Of a stretch of DNA of 64,000 bases, positions 1-10,200 are shown in pieces. The notes beneath the pieces are model-generated. The model was not told where the DNA came from. It saw only the letters and a program-made list of their open reading frames with translations, and made no database searches. This DNA comes from Clostridiales bacterium (GTDB taxonomy: Bacteria > Bacillota > Sulfobacillia > RBS10-35): positions 11,705 through 75,704 of the forward strand of contig JAHHQG010000027.1 of NCBI GenBank assembly GCA_018729555.1, read 5' to 3'. Every line of letters begins with the position of its first letter. Positions within the stretch are counted from its first letter, which is position 1. The translations under genes were made by a program, and so were the position numbers.

Positions 1-39
1 GGCGAAGGAATTCTCCTTGTGGAAGAGAAGTAGAACTGT

Positions 40-1269
40 ATGAAACAGGTCCGGCCTCCCTCCGCCTTCGAAGCCCTCCGCTACCCCAACTTTCGCTACC
101 TCTGGCTGGGACTCCTGGTGGCCAACACCGGCGCCTGGATGCAGATCGTGGCCCAGGGATGGCTCATCTACGACCTCACAGGATCGGCCCTTTACCTGGG
201 GAGCGTGGGGCTGGCCCGGGCCATCCCCATGCTGACCCTCTCCCTGGTGGGAGGGGCCGTCTCCGACCGCATGGATCGGCGCCGTCTCCTCTACATCACC
301 AACATCCTCACGGGGTTTTTGGCCTTTTGCCTGGGGATGGACATCCACCTGGGGACCGTCAAGCCCTGGCACGTGCTGGTTATCGCCTTTTTGAGCTCCT
401 CCGTCTTGGCCTTCGACCAGCCCACCCGCCAGGCCCTCGTCCCTTCCCTGGTGCCCCGCTCGGTGCTCCTCAACGCCGTGGCCCTCAACTCCATCACCTT
501 CAACGGGGCCGCCGTCCTTGGACCCAGCCTGGCAGGTCTCCTGGTCCCCTACATCGGGCTGGAAGGGAACTTTTTCATCAACTCCGTGGGATACCTGGCC
601 GTCATCTACGCCCTCTACCGGATGGAGCTCCCGCCCCGCCCGGCAAGGGACGGCGGTGAACCATCGTCGGTGCTTTCGGACATTCGACAGGGCCTTTCGT
701 ACGTGGCCCGGCACAAGGTCCTTTTGGCCCTGGTCCTTTCCGGAGCAGGCCTTAGCTTCTTCTCCCGCTCTAGCATCGTCCTCTTCCCCGTCTTCGCCGG
801 CGATGTCCTCCATGCCGGGGTGAAAGGCCTGGGCTACCTCATGTCGGCCAACGGCATCGGGACAGTCCTCGGAGGCCTTCTCTTGGCCAACCTCCGCGAC
901 TTTCGCCGAAAGGGCCTCCTGGTAGTGATGGCCATCACCCTGCAGGCGGTCCTCCTCTCCCTCTTCGGGCTGAGCACCCACCTCTGGGTGAGCCTCATCC
1001 TCCTCACGGGCTTTGGAGCTGCCGCCATCCTGGCCGCCTCCACCATCAACACCCTCCTCCAGCTCTCCACGGGGGAAGCCATGCGGGGAAGGGTGATGAG
1101 CCTTTTCACCCTGTCCATGCTGGGGATGACGCCCCTCGGCCAGATGCCCCTGGGCACCCTGGCGGATCTTTTGGGACCCGGGACGGCGGTGATGGCGGGA
1201 GCCCTTTGCTCCCTCCTGGTCCTCCTGGCGGCCCTGGCCATCGAGCCGGGCCTGCGGAAAATACCCTAG
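40..1269 (+). CDS. MFS-family transporter
   Basis: 409-aa ORF with ATG at 40. It is hydrophobic throughout with about 12 predicted spans. An MFS-type cytoplasmic loop motif GGAVSDRMDRRRLL follows TM2. Confidence 0.8.
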   Translation: MKQVRPPSAFEALRYPNFRYLWLGLLVANTGAWMQIVAQGWLIYDLTGSALYLGSVGLARAIPMLTLSLVGGAVSDRMDRRRLLYITNILTGFLAFCLGMDIHLGTVKPWHVLVIAFLSSSVLAFDQPTRQALVPSLVPRSVLLNAVALNSITFNGAAVLGPSLAGLLVPYIGLEGNFFINSVGYLAVIYALYRMELPPRPARDGGEPSSVLSDIRQGLSYVARHKVLLALVLSGAGLSFFSRSSIVLFPVFAGDVLHAGVKGLGYLMSANGIGTVLGGLLLANLRDFRRKGLLVVMAITLQAVLLSLFGLSTHLWVSLILLTGFGAAAILAASTINTLLQLSTGEAMRGRVMSLFTLSMLGMTPLGQMPLGTLADLLGPGTAVMAGALCSLLVLLAALAIEPGLRKIP

Positions 1270-1272
1270 GCC

Positions 1273-2376
1273 CTAGACTTCCACCAGGTGCTCCCGGTAC
1301 TTGGCCACCCGGTCCCAGAGGATCTCGTACCCCATGCCCGGCTCATCGGAGAGCTCCAACGTTCCGCCGGGCTTCAGGCGGATCTCCGGCTCCACGATGT
1401 CTTCCGCCCAGTAGCGGTCGCTCCCGGAGGTGTCTCCGGGGAGGGTGAAGCCCGGAAGGCTGGTGATGGCCATGTTGTGGGCCCTCCCTACCCCCGACTC
1501 CAGCATGCCGCCGCACCAGACGGGCACCCCGTGATCCCGGCAGACGTCGTGGAGGGCTTTGGCCCGGGAAAGGCCTCCGACCCGCCCGATCTTGATGTTG
1601 ATGATGCGGCAGGCGCCCAGGGAGAAAGCCTTTTCGGCATCCTCCGCGGAGTGGATGCTCTCATCCAGGCAGATGGGGGTCTTCAGCTCTTTCTGCAGGC
1701 GGGCGTGCCAGATGATGTCGTCATGGGAAAGGGGCTGCTCCATCATCATGAGGTCGAAAGAATCCAGCTTCTTCAGGTGCTCCAGGTCGGAGAGGCGGTA
1801 GGCGGAGTTGGCATCCACCATGAGGGGGACATGGGGGAAGGCCTTTCGCACGGCGGCGACGTACTGGATGTCGTGGCCCGGCTCAATCTTCAGCTTGACG
1901 CGCCGGTATCCCTGTTCCACATATCCGGAAACCACCTCTACCAGGGCTTCGGGGGAAGGCTGGATCCCCACCGAAACCCCCACGGGGATGGGTTTCTTTT
2001 CCCCTCCCAGGGCTTTCCAGAGAGGAAGCCCCCGGGCCCTCGCCCAGGCCTCCCAGAGGGCGCTCTCGAGGCCCGATTTGGCCATGTAATGGCGGCGGAT
2101 GAACTCCATTTTGGGGTAGATCTCGTCGGGGTGGGAGAAGGTCACGCCTTTCAAGGCCGGGATGAGGTAATCCTGCAAGATGAGGAGGCTTCCCTTCACC
2201 CACTCCTCGTTGTAAAGGGGATCTTCCATGGCCACCACTTCGGCATAGCCCGGGCCTTCGTCGGTGAGGGCCTCCACCAGGATGAACTGGCGGTCTTTCT
2301 CGACGCCAAAGCTGGTCTTGAAGGGAGCCTTGAGGGGCATGCGCAGCACATGGAGGCGGCAGGCTTCAAGCTTCAT
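1273..2376 (-). CDS. Enolase-superfamily o-succinylbenzoate synthase / N-succinylamino-acid racemase family protein
   Basis: Track ORF 1273..2460 was trimmed to ATG 2376, which has a GGAG RBS and an ATGA overlap with the upstream GNAT stop. MR/MLE-type motifs are present: RVKLKIEPGHD, LMVDANSAY, MMMEQPL, ICLDES, INIKIGRVGG. Confidence 0.8.
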   Translation of the reverse strand: MKLEACRLHVLRMPLKAPFKTSFGVEKDRQFILVEALTDEGPGYAEVVAMEDPLYNEEWVKGSLLILQDYLIPALKGVTFSHPDEIYPKMEFIRRHYMAKSGLESALWEAWARARGLPLWKALGGEKKPIPVGVSVGIQPSPEALVEVVSGYVEQGYRRVKLKIEPGHDIQYVAAVRKAFPHVPLMVDANSAYRLSDLEHLKKLDSFDLMMMEQPLSHDDIIWHARLQKELKTPICLDESIHSAEDAEKAFSLGACRIINIKIGRVGGLSRAKALHDVCRDHGVPVWCGGMLESGVGRAHNMAITSLPGFTLPGDTSGSDRYWAEDIVEPEIRLKPGGTLELSDEPGMGYEILWDRVAKYREHLVEV

Positions 2377-3326
2377 GAGGAATCTCCTTTCTGACCCGGT
2401 ACGAGAAGGTAGCGGGCCTTTCCTTCTTGCGGGAATCGTTCCACATGGACGGCCACCCATCCCCTGCGGAAGGCGTAGTTGAAGGCGGCGGCGCTGGCCC
2501 GCCGCCAGGCGATGGCCAGATCAAAATCCCGGTCCTTTAGGGCGAGGAAATCCCACGGGATCTCGATGTAGGCGGCGCCCTCCCGTAGACCCAAGAGGGC
2601 TTCCTCCCGCCGCCAGGAAGGCGCCGGCCGCTGCAACCGCCGGATGTTCCCATCGCTGCTCCAGGTGCCTTCCAGCGCTTCCCCGCCTTCCGGGGAGGCT
2701 TCCACGTCGGGGTGGAGGCGAGGGCGGGGAAGGAGGGGATGGCTCGACGCCACAGCCTCGAGGAAGACCGGTCCGGGGGGAAGGGGCTGGGGAAACGCTT
2801 CCCCCCGTTGCCACGGATCCTCCTCTTCGATCCACCACTCGCAGAGGAACCGATCGGTGGGCAAGCCCTTGTTGAGGGGGTCGTCCATGGGGCCGTAGTG
2901 GTTGGGGAAAAAGGTGCGGGCCATGGCCTTTAGGTAGACCAGGTTGAAGTAGGCGTTCTTCGCCATGAGGGGATCGAAGGTCCAGGTGATGAGGGGGAAC
3001 CCCCTCTGTCGGGCCCAGTGATACTGGCGATACTTGAGGGCTCTTCCCACCCCGTGGCTCCGCCACCCCTCCTTCACCGCCGCCATGTGGGACCAGAGCC
3101 AGGCGTCCTTGCCGTCAAAAGCGGCCACCGCCAGGCAGAAGCCGATGACGTCATCCTCCGCCGGTCTGCGGGCCACCAAGGCGAGGCCCCCCGTCTCCAC
3201 CGCCACCCAGAGCATGGGCAGCGGCAGGGAGGTGTCCCGGCTCCAGACTTCGATCTGGAGCTCTTCCATGGCCGAGAAGTCCGAACGCGAACGGGGTTCT
3301 TCGACGATGAACGGCATGCGTTCCAT
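2373..3326 (-). CDS. GNAT-superfamily acyltransferase with about 140-aa C-terminal extension
   Basis: The N-terminal ~170 aa shows a GNAT-like core (VIGFCLAVAAF..., HMAAVKEGWRSHGVGRALKYRQYHWARQRGF). It is translationally coupled to the racemase-family gene downstream. Confidence 0.6.
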   Translation of the reverse strand: MERMPFIVEEPRSRSDFSAMEELQIEVWSRDTSLPLPMLWVAVETGGLALVARRPAEDDVIGFCLAVAAFDGKDAWLWSHMAAVKEGWRSHGVGRALKYRQYHWARQRGFPLITWTFDPLMAKNAYFNLVYLKAMARTFFPNHYGPMDDPLNKGLPTDRFLCEWWIEEEDPWQRGEAFPQPLPPGPVFLEAVASSHPLLPRPRLHPDVEASPEGGEALEGTWSSDGNIRRLQRPAPSWRREEALLGLREGAAYIEIPWDFLALKDRDFDLAIAWRRASAAAFNYAFRRGWVAVHVERFPQEGKARYLLVPGQKGDSS

Positions 3327-3506
3327 GGCTTACCCTTCGCCACCTTACCGTAAAGTCCTTCTTATGTGATTTCAACAGCCATAATCTAGCCCATCCCCTC
3401 GGTTCCTCCAAGGCGCAGGCCGTTACCTTGGTTCCCCACGGCGACCCTGGATTCCTGGCCAGGGGCATAACCCGGCTTTCTAAGGTACAATGCCGCCTGG
3501 AAACCC

Positions 3507-3773
3507 ATGCAGCAAAGAAAGGCGGTGGCCACGGTGGATCAGACCCAGGAAAAGGAGCTACCCGGCCAGAGCGTCACCATGCACGGATTGGAGGTCTTCA
3601 CGTCCTTCGTGGATGACCACGGAGTGCCGGTGAAGGTGAAAGAAGCCCAGACGGCTGCCCCCCGGATCTGGATCCTCACCCACAACGCCCACCTGACGGT
3701 GGAACAGGCCAAATGGGTGCGGGATGCGTTGGACCGCTGGATCCGGAAGGTGGAAGGTCACCATCGCACCTAA
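3507..3773 (+). CDS. Hypothetical small protein (88 aa)
   Basis: ATG ORF with host-like codon usage. It is convergent with addA and the stops overlap. No recognisable motif and no clear RBS. Confidence 0.3.
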   Translation: MQQRKAVATVDQTQEKELPGQSVTMHGLEVFTSFVDDHGVPVKVKEAQTAAPRIWILTHNAHLTVEQAKWVRDALDRWIRKVEGHHRT

Positions 3774-6700
3774 TCCACCGGGACCAAGAGCCGGGGGCGA
3801 GTGAAGTAGAGATAGGCTCCCGCCACAGGCCTCCCCGTGATGGCCTCGATGGCCTGGCGGTAGACGGCCACCTGAGTTCCGTATTGCACCAGGAGGGGGG
3901 CCGGGACGGGATCCTCCACCCGGTCCGTTTTGTAGTCCACCAGGTAAAACCCCTCCGGCAGCTCCACCATCAGGTCCACCACGCCCTGGACCAGGAGAAA
4001 GTCGCCCTTTTCCCGAGGAAAGCGCCAGGTGAAAAACCACTCCCGCCGCATCCGGGCCCCTTCCTTCACGGCCCCCAAGAGCTTTTGCCCCAGCTCGGTG
4101 GCAAAAAAGCCCAAGATTTCCTCCGGCGTGATCTCCTCTTCCCACCCGGGAGGCAAAAGGTTCCGGCCCGCCAGCTCTTCCAAAAGGGCCCTCACCCTGG
4201 CTTCATCCAGGGGGTCTTCCCAGGAAAGCTTTTGCATCACCAGATGAAAGGCACTCCCCCGTTCCGCGCCGTAGCGGCTCTTTCGCCCATCCAAGGGCCG
4301 CGGGCGAAGGGGCCTAAGGTCCCGGGGAAGGGGGCTGGCCGCCAGCTCCGGGTCCAGGGGAAGGCGCATCTCCGAGGCCGCCCGCTTTCCCAGGGCGGCG
4401 GCATCCTCCCGGTAGGGGTACACCCACTCCCACCGGCGCCTCACCTCCGCCAGCCAAGCCTCCGCCGCGTCGCCGACCGAAGGGTCATCGTTCACTGAAG
4501 CCAAGGGGAGGCGTTCCCCCTGGCGCTCCACCTTGTCGTCCCCCGGCCGCAGGATCTTCACCTCCCAGAGGGACGGCCCCGCATCCGCCCAGACCGCCGG
4601 CCAAAGCCAAGCCAGGTAATCCGAGGCCAAGAGGAGCTGCCCCAAGGAAAGGTCTCCCGCCGAAGGGTTCTTTGGGATCTCCAGCATCTTGTCGCTGCTC
4701 CCCACCAGCAGAAGCTCATCTCGGGCGCGGGTGAGGGCCACGTAGAGGATCCGCAACTCCTCTGCCAACTCTTGCCGCCGCCGGTGGGCGAGGAAGGCCC
4801 GGTAGAAAAGGGAAGGCACCCTCACCCGGAGGACGGGATCGGAAGCCTTAAAGGCGATCCCCAGCTCCCGCTCCACCAGCGCCCCTTCCCCGGTGGCATG
4901 GAAGGGCTGGCCCAAGCCCGCCACCACCACGATGGGGAATTCCAGCCCTTTGCTCTGGTGGATGGTCATCAAGCGGACGGCATCCCCAAAAAGGGGGGGC
5001 GCCACCTGAAAATCCGCCCCCTTTTCCTCCAGGCGCTGGAGGAACCTCAGGAAGCTCCCCAGCCCCTGCCGGGCAAAATGCTCGAACTGGCGGGCCCGTT
5101 CCAAAAGGGCCTCCAGGTTGGCCTTTCGTTGGCTTCCCCCCGGAAGGGCGGCGGCCACCTCCAGGATCCGGGTTTCGGCGTAAAGCTCCTCCAAGAAGGT
5201 GAGGAGGGGCTGGCGCCGGACGCGGGTCCGCCACGCCTCCACCTGCTCCCAAAAGGCCCGGACTTTCGCCCCCAGGGGATCATCTTTCTTCATGGCCTCA
5301 AAGAGGGCATCCAGCAGATCCCCCTCCCGCCCTTCCTGCCGGATGCGCAAAAGGTCCTTCAGGCTAAAGCCCCCCAGGGGCGATCGCAGGAGGGAGGCCA
5401 GGGGAATATCCTGCCGGGGGTTGTCCAGGACCTGCAGGAGGTGAAGGATCCAGCGGACCTCCAGAGCCTGGAGAAAGCCCCCGGCACCGGCGGCCATGCT
5501 GGGGATCCCTTCCTGCAAAAGGGCCTCCCGCAAGAGGGAAGCCCGGTTCCGGGCGCTCCGAAGGAGGATGGCCACATCCCCGGGGCGGGGGCGCCGCCGT
5601 TCCTTCGTCTCGGGGTCCAATATGCGAAGGTCGGGGTCCTGAAGGAGTTCCGCCACCTTTCGGGCCACAAAGCGGGCTTCCCGCTCCCAGCTCCGCTCTC
5701 GGATTTCTTCCGGAGCCAAAAGCTCCCACTCCCTCGCCCTGGGGTGATGGAGCACAAAGAGGCGGGCCTTCGGGAGGGAAGCTTCATCGGTCCGGCCGGC
5801 CACCAGGGCCGCCTCCTTGGTGTAAGAGAGGCCGCCCAGCTCCCGCCGCATGAGGCGCTTGAAGACATGGTTGACCGCCTCGATAACGGCCGGATGGCTG
5901 CGGTAATTGGTGCGCAGGTGGACCACCTTCCCCTTCCCCTCCCGGAGGTACCGCTCGTAGAGATGGAGGAAAAGGGCGGGCTCCGCCTGGCGGAACCGGT
6001 AGATGCTCTGCTTCACATCGCCCACGTAGAAGACATCCTCGCCGCCCAAAAGGGTGAGGATGGCGTGCTGGAGTTCGTTGATGTCCTGGAACTCATCCAC
6101 CAAAAGCGTCTGGATGGACCGCCGGACGGCTTCCCCCTGGGGAGAGGGCCGGAAAACCCCTTGGGGAGCCGAAGGGTCCTGCAGGAGGCGGAAGGCGAGG
6201 CGCTCCATGTCGGCAAAGTCCAAAAGCCCCTGGTCTTCCTTCAAACGGGCGTAGGTGGCTTCCAGCTCCCTCACCAGCTCCACCACCTTTTCCACCAGGG
6301 GAAGGAAACGGCCCGCTTCCTCCCGCCACCGGGCCGGCAGATCCTCCGAAAGCCAGGAGGCCACCTCTTTGAGGACCTCCTTGGCCTTCTCCCGGTACCC
6401 TTTGAGGCGCTTCAGCCCCTCTTCCCCTTCTTCGCCCTCGCCCTCCTTCCAGGAGGCTTTGGGCCACGCCTGCATGCGGGAAAGGGCTTCCACCGGGTGG
6501 CGGTCCCAGTCCTCCAAGGCCTCTTCCAGGCGCACCAGATCCCCCTCGAAAATCTCGCTGATCACTGGGCTCTCGGCAGCCTGAAGGCCCCGTTCCAGCC
6601 AGGCCATGGCTTCTTCCACCCGGAGGCGGCCTTCCTCCAGGAGAAGGCGGTGGAGGGGGCTTCCCAAGGGATCCTCCAGGACCTTCCGGTAGATGGCCAC

Positions 6701-7276
6701 CGCCTCTTCCAGCCAGGCTTCGGGCCAGGGGCGGGCGTAGGCGGTGGCATAGATCTCCAAAAGGAGCTCCCTCACGGGCCGGTCGTCCCCGTCGGCGTTG
6801 CCGTACCCCTCCACCAAGTCCAGGAAGAGCGGGTCTTCCTCTTCGTAATGTCGGTCCAAGACGAGATCCAGGGCTTCTTCCAGCAAAAGATCCTGTTCTT
6901 CTCGGGAGAGGACCCGGGCCGAGGGGTCCAGCTGGAGTTCCCGAAAGTGCCGCTTGATGAGGCGCAGGCAGAAGGCGTGGAGGGTGGAGATGCGGGCCTG
7001 GGGAAGGAGCTGGAGCTGATGGCGGAGGAAGGCGTTCCCCGGGTCCTTTTCCACCTCCCGCTCCAGGGCTGCCCGGATGCGGCTCCTCATCTCGGCGGCC
7101 GCCTCTTCGGTGAAGGTGACCACCACCACCCCGTCCAGGCTTCCTCCCGCCAATAGAAAGCGGATGACCCGCTCCGTAAGGACGGCGGTTTTGCCGCATC
7201 CGGCAGAGGCGCTCACCAAGACCTTCCCCGTGGCTTCCAGGGCCGCCCTTTGCTCATCGTTCCACACCACGGTCAC
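3770..7276 (-). CDS. addA: ATP-dependent helicase/nuclease subunit A (AddA)
   Basis: UvrD-type Walker A SASAGCGKT and helicase motifs (VDEFQD). C-terminal RecB-type nuclease GVVDLMVE...YLVDYKTD. Start set to GTG 7276, which forms a GTGA overlap with the addB stop; the track ORF begins at an upstream TTG (7372). Confidence 0.9.
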   Translation of the reverse strand: MTVVWNDEQRAALEATGKVLVSASAGCGKTAVLTERVIRFLLAGGSLDGVVVVTFTEEAAAEMRSRIRAALEREVEKDPGNAFLRHQLQLLPQARISTLHAFCLRLIKRHFRELQLDPSARVLSREEQDLLLEEALDLVLDRHYEEEDPLFLDLVEGYGNADGDDRPVRELLLEIYATAYARPWPEAWLEEAVAIYRKVLEDPLGSPLHRLLLEEGRLRVEEAMAWLERGLQAAESPVISEIFEGDLVRLEEALEDWDRHPVEALSRMQAWPKASWKEGEGEEGEEGLKRLKGYREKAKEVLKEVASWLSEDLPARWREEAGRFLPLVEKVVELVRELEATYARLKEDQGLLDFADMERLAFRLLQDPSAPQGVFRPSPQGEAVRRSIQTLLVDEFQDINELQHAILTLLGGEDVFYVGDVKQSIYRFRQAEPALFLHLYERYLREGKGKVVHLRTNYRSHPAVIEAVNHVFKRLMRRELGGLSYTKEAALVAGRTDEASLPKARLFVLHHPRAREWELLAPEEIRERSWEREARFVARKVAELLQDPDLRILDPETKERRRPRPGDVAILLRSARNRASLLREALLQEGIPSMAAGAGGFLQALEVRWILHLLQVLDNPRQDIPLASLLRSPLGGFSLKDLLRIRQEGREGDLLDALFEAMKKDDPLGAKVRAFWEQVEAWRTRVRRQPLLTFLEELYAETRILEVAAALPGGSQRKANLEALLERARQFEHFARQGLGSFLRFLQRLEEKGADFQVAPPLFGDAVRLMTIHQSKGLEFPIVVVAGLGQPFHATGEGALVERELGIAFKASDPVLRVRVPSLFYRAFLAHRRRQELAEELRILYVALTRARDELLLVGSSDKMLEIPKNPSAGDLSLGQLLLASDYLAWLWPAVWADAGPSLWEVKILRPGDDKVERQGERLPLASVNDDPSVGDAAEAWLAEVRRRWEWVYPYREDAAALGKRAASEMRLPLDPELAASPLPRDLRPLRPRPLDGRKSRYGAERGSAFHLVMQKLSWEDPLDEARVRALLEELAGRNLLPPGWEEEITPEEILGFFATELGQKLLGAVKEGARMRREWFFTWRFPREKGDFLLVQGVVDLMVELPEGFYLVDYKTDRVEDPVPAPLLVQYGTQVAVYRQAIEAITGRPVAGAYLYFTRPRLLVPVD

Positions 7277-10200
7277 GGCTGTTCTCCCTCTCCTTTGCGG
7301 GGTCTGCGGGGCTGGAACCCGGGAAGGAAGGGATCGTAGTGGCAAAACCCTTGGAAGATGCAGTTTTTGCAAGCCAGACGGCCGTTCCAGTAGAGGGGCT
7401 CTTCCTTCACCCGGCCCTCCAGGATGGCTTGGCTCCAGGTTTGGGCGTGTTTCAGGGCCTTCTCCATAAGGGCCCTCAGATCCTCTAGGGGAAGGATCTT
7501 GCTCTGCTTGGACCAGCCCCCTTTTTGTACCTGGGATGCCGGGATGAGCCGCCCCGATCCCCGTTCATCCATGGCCAAAAGGGCATCGGGATGGTCCACC
7601 AGGTAGCCGTCCATCTTGAGGGAAGGGGGCCTTTCCTTCCAGCGGAGAAGGATGGGCATGTAGAGAAAGCCCGCCGGTTCTCCCCCCCAGAGCTCCACCG
7701 CCGCCAAAAGATAGAGGGGGAGCTGCAGGGAAAGGCCCAGGCGGACTTCCTCCAGATCCAACGACTTTCCCCAGGTCTTGTAATCCACCACCCTAACCCA
7801 CGTGGTCTCCTCCGTCGAGCACTCCTCCACCCGATCGATGCGGCCTTCCAGGAAGGCCCGGGTGCCGTCGGGGAGGAGGAGGGGAAAGCGGAAGGGCTTT
7901 TCCAGGCCTGAAGGGCGGAATTGCCCGTAGGCCAGATGTTCCTGAAGGTGGCGGCCCACCTCCCCGAGGATGCGCACCAGCTGGCGGCGGACGTAGCTCC
8001 GGCGGACCTCCGGGATGCGGTGCTCCATGTCGGCGAGGATGGCATCCAGGAGGTCGGGGAGGGCCTCTTCCTCCAGGCATCCCTCCTCCGCCAGGCGGCG
8101 GCTGAGGTGCAAAAGGCCCCGGTGGAAGACCTCTCCCAGGCGGGCGGGATCCATGCGGGCGAGGGGCCTCTCCTTCAGCCCCAGGATGTAGTGGGAGAGG
8201 TAGCGGAAGGAGCAGGCCGCGTAGGTTTCCAGCTGGCTCACGCTGAAGATGGGTTCTTTCCCCAAAAGAAGGCGGAGGTCTTCCCCTACAAGGGCAGCCT
8301 CTTCCCTTTGGTATCGGAGGGCCCAGAGGTAGGGCTCAAGGAGCCGCCGGCCCTCCTCATCCCGCTGGAAGGATGACCAAAGGGCCCGCTCCCTGGCTTC
8401 CAGGGGCTTCTCGCCATCCAGCTCCTGGCGCACCCTCTGCGCCAGGTAGGCGGCCATCTGGGGGCGGGTGAAGGGAAGGTGGTCCGCCGGTTCTCTCTCC
8501 TCGAGGCGGGGAAAGAGGACCTTCAGGCGGCGGATCCAGGTGCTGGGGTGGAGGCGCTTTCCCTCTTCGCTCCGCCGGGGATAGCTGACGTACAGGCGGT
8601 GGCTTGCCCGGGTGAAGGCGACGTAGGTCAAGAAAGCTTCTTCCTCCATGCGAAGGGCAGAGGTCTTCCCGAGGTCCAGGCCCTTTTCCAGAAGGAGCTC
8701 CCGCTCGGCATCGCTGAAGATGACGTCTTCTTCCGCCGGGCGGGGATAGGCATCTTCCGTCACACCCAAAAGGAAGAGGACCCGAATGGGGCCCGGCCGG
8801 GACCGCTCCGCCGTCCCGATGACCACCTGGTCCAACGTGGGGGGCACCAAGCCCACATCGATGACGCCCAGCCCTTCGCGGAGCATGCGGTGGTAGAGGG
8901 TAGGAGAAAGGGATAGGTCGCCCAGGGCGAGGGACGCCTGCTCCAGGACGTCCATCACCTGGTCCCAGACCTGGAGATGCTCCTGGGCTTCATCCAGGCG
9001 GCCCTCTCCTTCCGCCTCGGCGCTCCATGCTTCCAGGCGCTGGGGCACTTCCAGCTCCTCGAGAAAGGCCAGGAGAGCCTCCCCGTAATCCCGGGCAAGG
9101 GATGCCTGCGATGGGCGAAAGGCATCTTCCAGGCGAAAGAGGGGGCCAAGGGCCTGCTGGCGGAGGCCTTCCATCTCCGGGTCGGGAAAGGAGGGGGATC
9201 GGCTCTGCCAGTGGGAGCCCCGGGCTCCCATGGCCAACCCGTAGTTTTCCAGGCGGTCGGCTTTATCCCGGGGAAGGGAAAGGAGATCCGACTTGAGGTA
9301 ACGGTAGATGGTTTCCGGAGGAAATCCGCCGGCCACCGCCTCCAGGGCGGCCAGGATCAGCTGGAGGAGAGGATGGTGGGGGACGGGGCGGCGGCGGTCG
9401 ATGAAAAAGGGGATGTCCCGGGAGCGGAAGACCGAGGCCAGGTCATGGCGGTAAAGGTCCAGGTCCCGCACCCAGACGGCCACATCCCGGTAGCGGAGGC
9501 CTTCTTCCCGCACCAGGCGTTCCACCTCGCCCGCCAAAGCCAGCACCTCATGGCGGCGGTGGCGGGCTGACCAGAGGACCAGCTCTGAAACAGGACCAGG
9601 GTGCCGTTCCCCGGGAAAGGAAAAGAGCTCCCTTTCCAGGTGCCGGAGACCTTGGGCTTCAAAGCGAAGGGGCTCGCCCAGGGCCACCTCCTCCACCGGA
9701 ATACCCCCCTCCCGGGCCTCTTCCAGGAGGCGCTTCCAGGTGCGGCGGGGATGGGCAAAGAGAGGCTCATCGGGGGCGCGGGGATCCACCGTGAGGGCCA
9801 CCGTCACTTCCTCGGCCGTGTGCAAGAGGGCCCGCAGGAGCTGCCACTGGGCTTCGTAAAAGTGGGAAAAGCCGTCGACAAAGAGACGGACCCCTTGAAG
9901 AGCCCGGCTCTGGGGAAGGATGCGGGCCATCTGGGTGAGGGCGTCCGGTTCGTCCTTCCGCTGCCCCAGGTGGAGCCGATATTCCCGCATGAGAAGGGCC
10001 ATGTCGCGGAGCTTGGCCTCCAGATCCCCCGCCACGCCCTCCACCCTCTCCAACTCTTCGGGGCCGATGCCCTGGCTCTCCAGCTCCTGAAGGGACCGCC
10101 AAAGGGTGCGGGCCAGGCCCGGCTTGCGGGCCACGGGGCCGAAGTAAAGGAGCTCCTTTTGATGGCGCAAGAGAAAAGCTTGAAGGGCCATGACGCCTCC

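Noticed and set aside
4772-7156. 794-aa plus-strand ORF
   Set aside because: It is entirely antisense to addA and Gly/Pro/Arg/Leu-rich with no motifs. This is a typical stop-codon-poor shadow frame in high-GC DNA.
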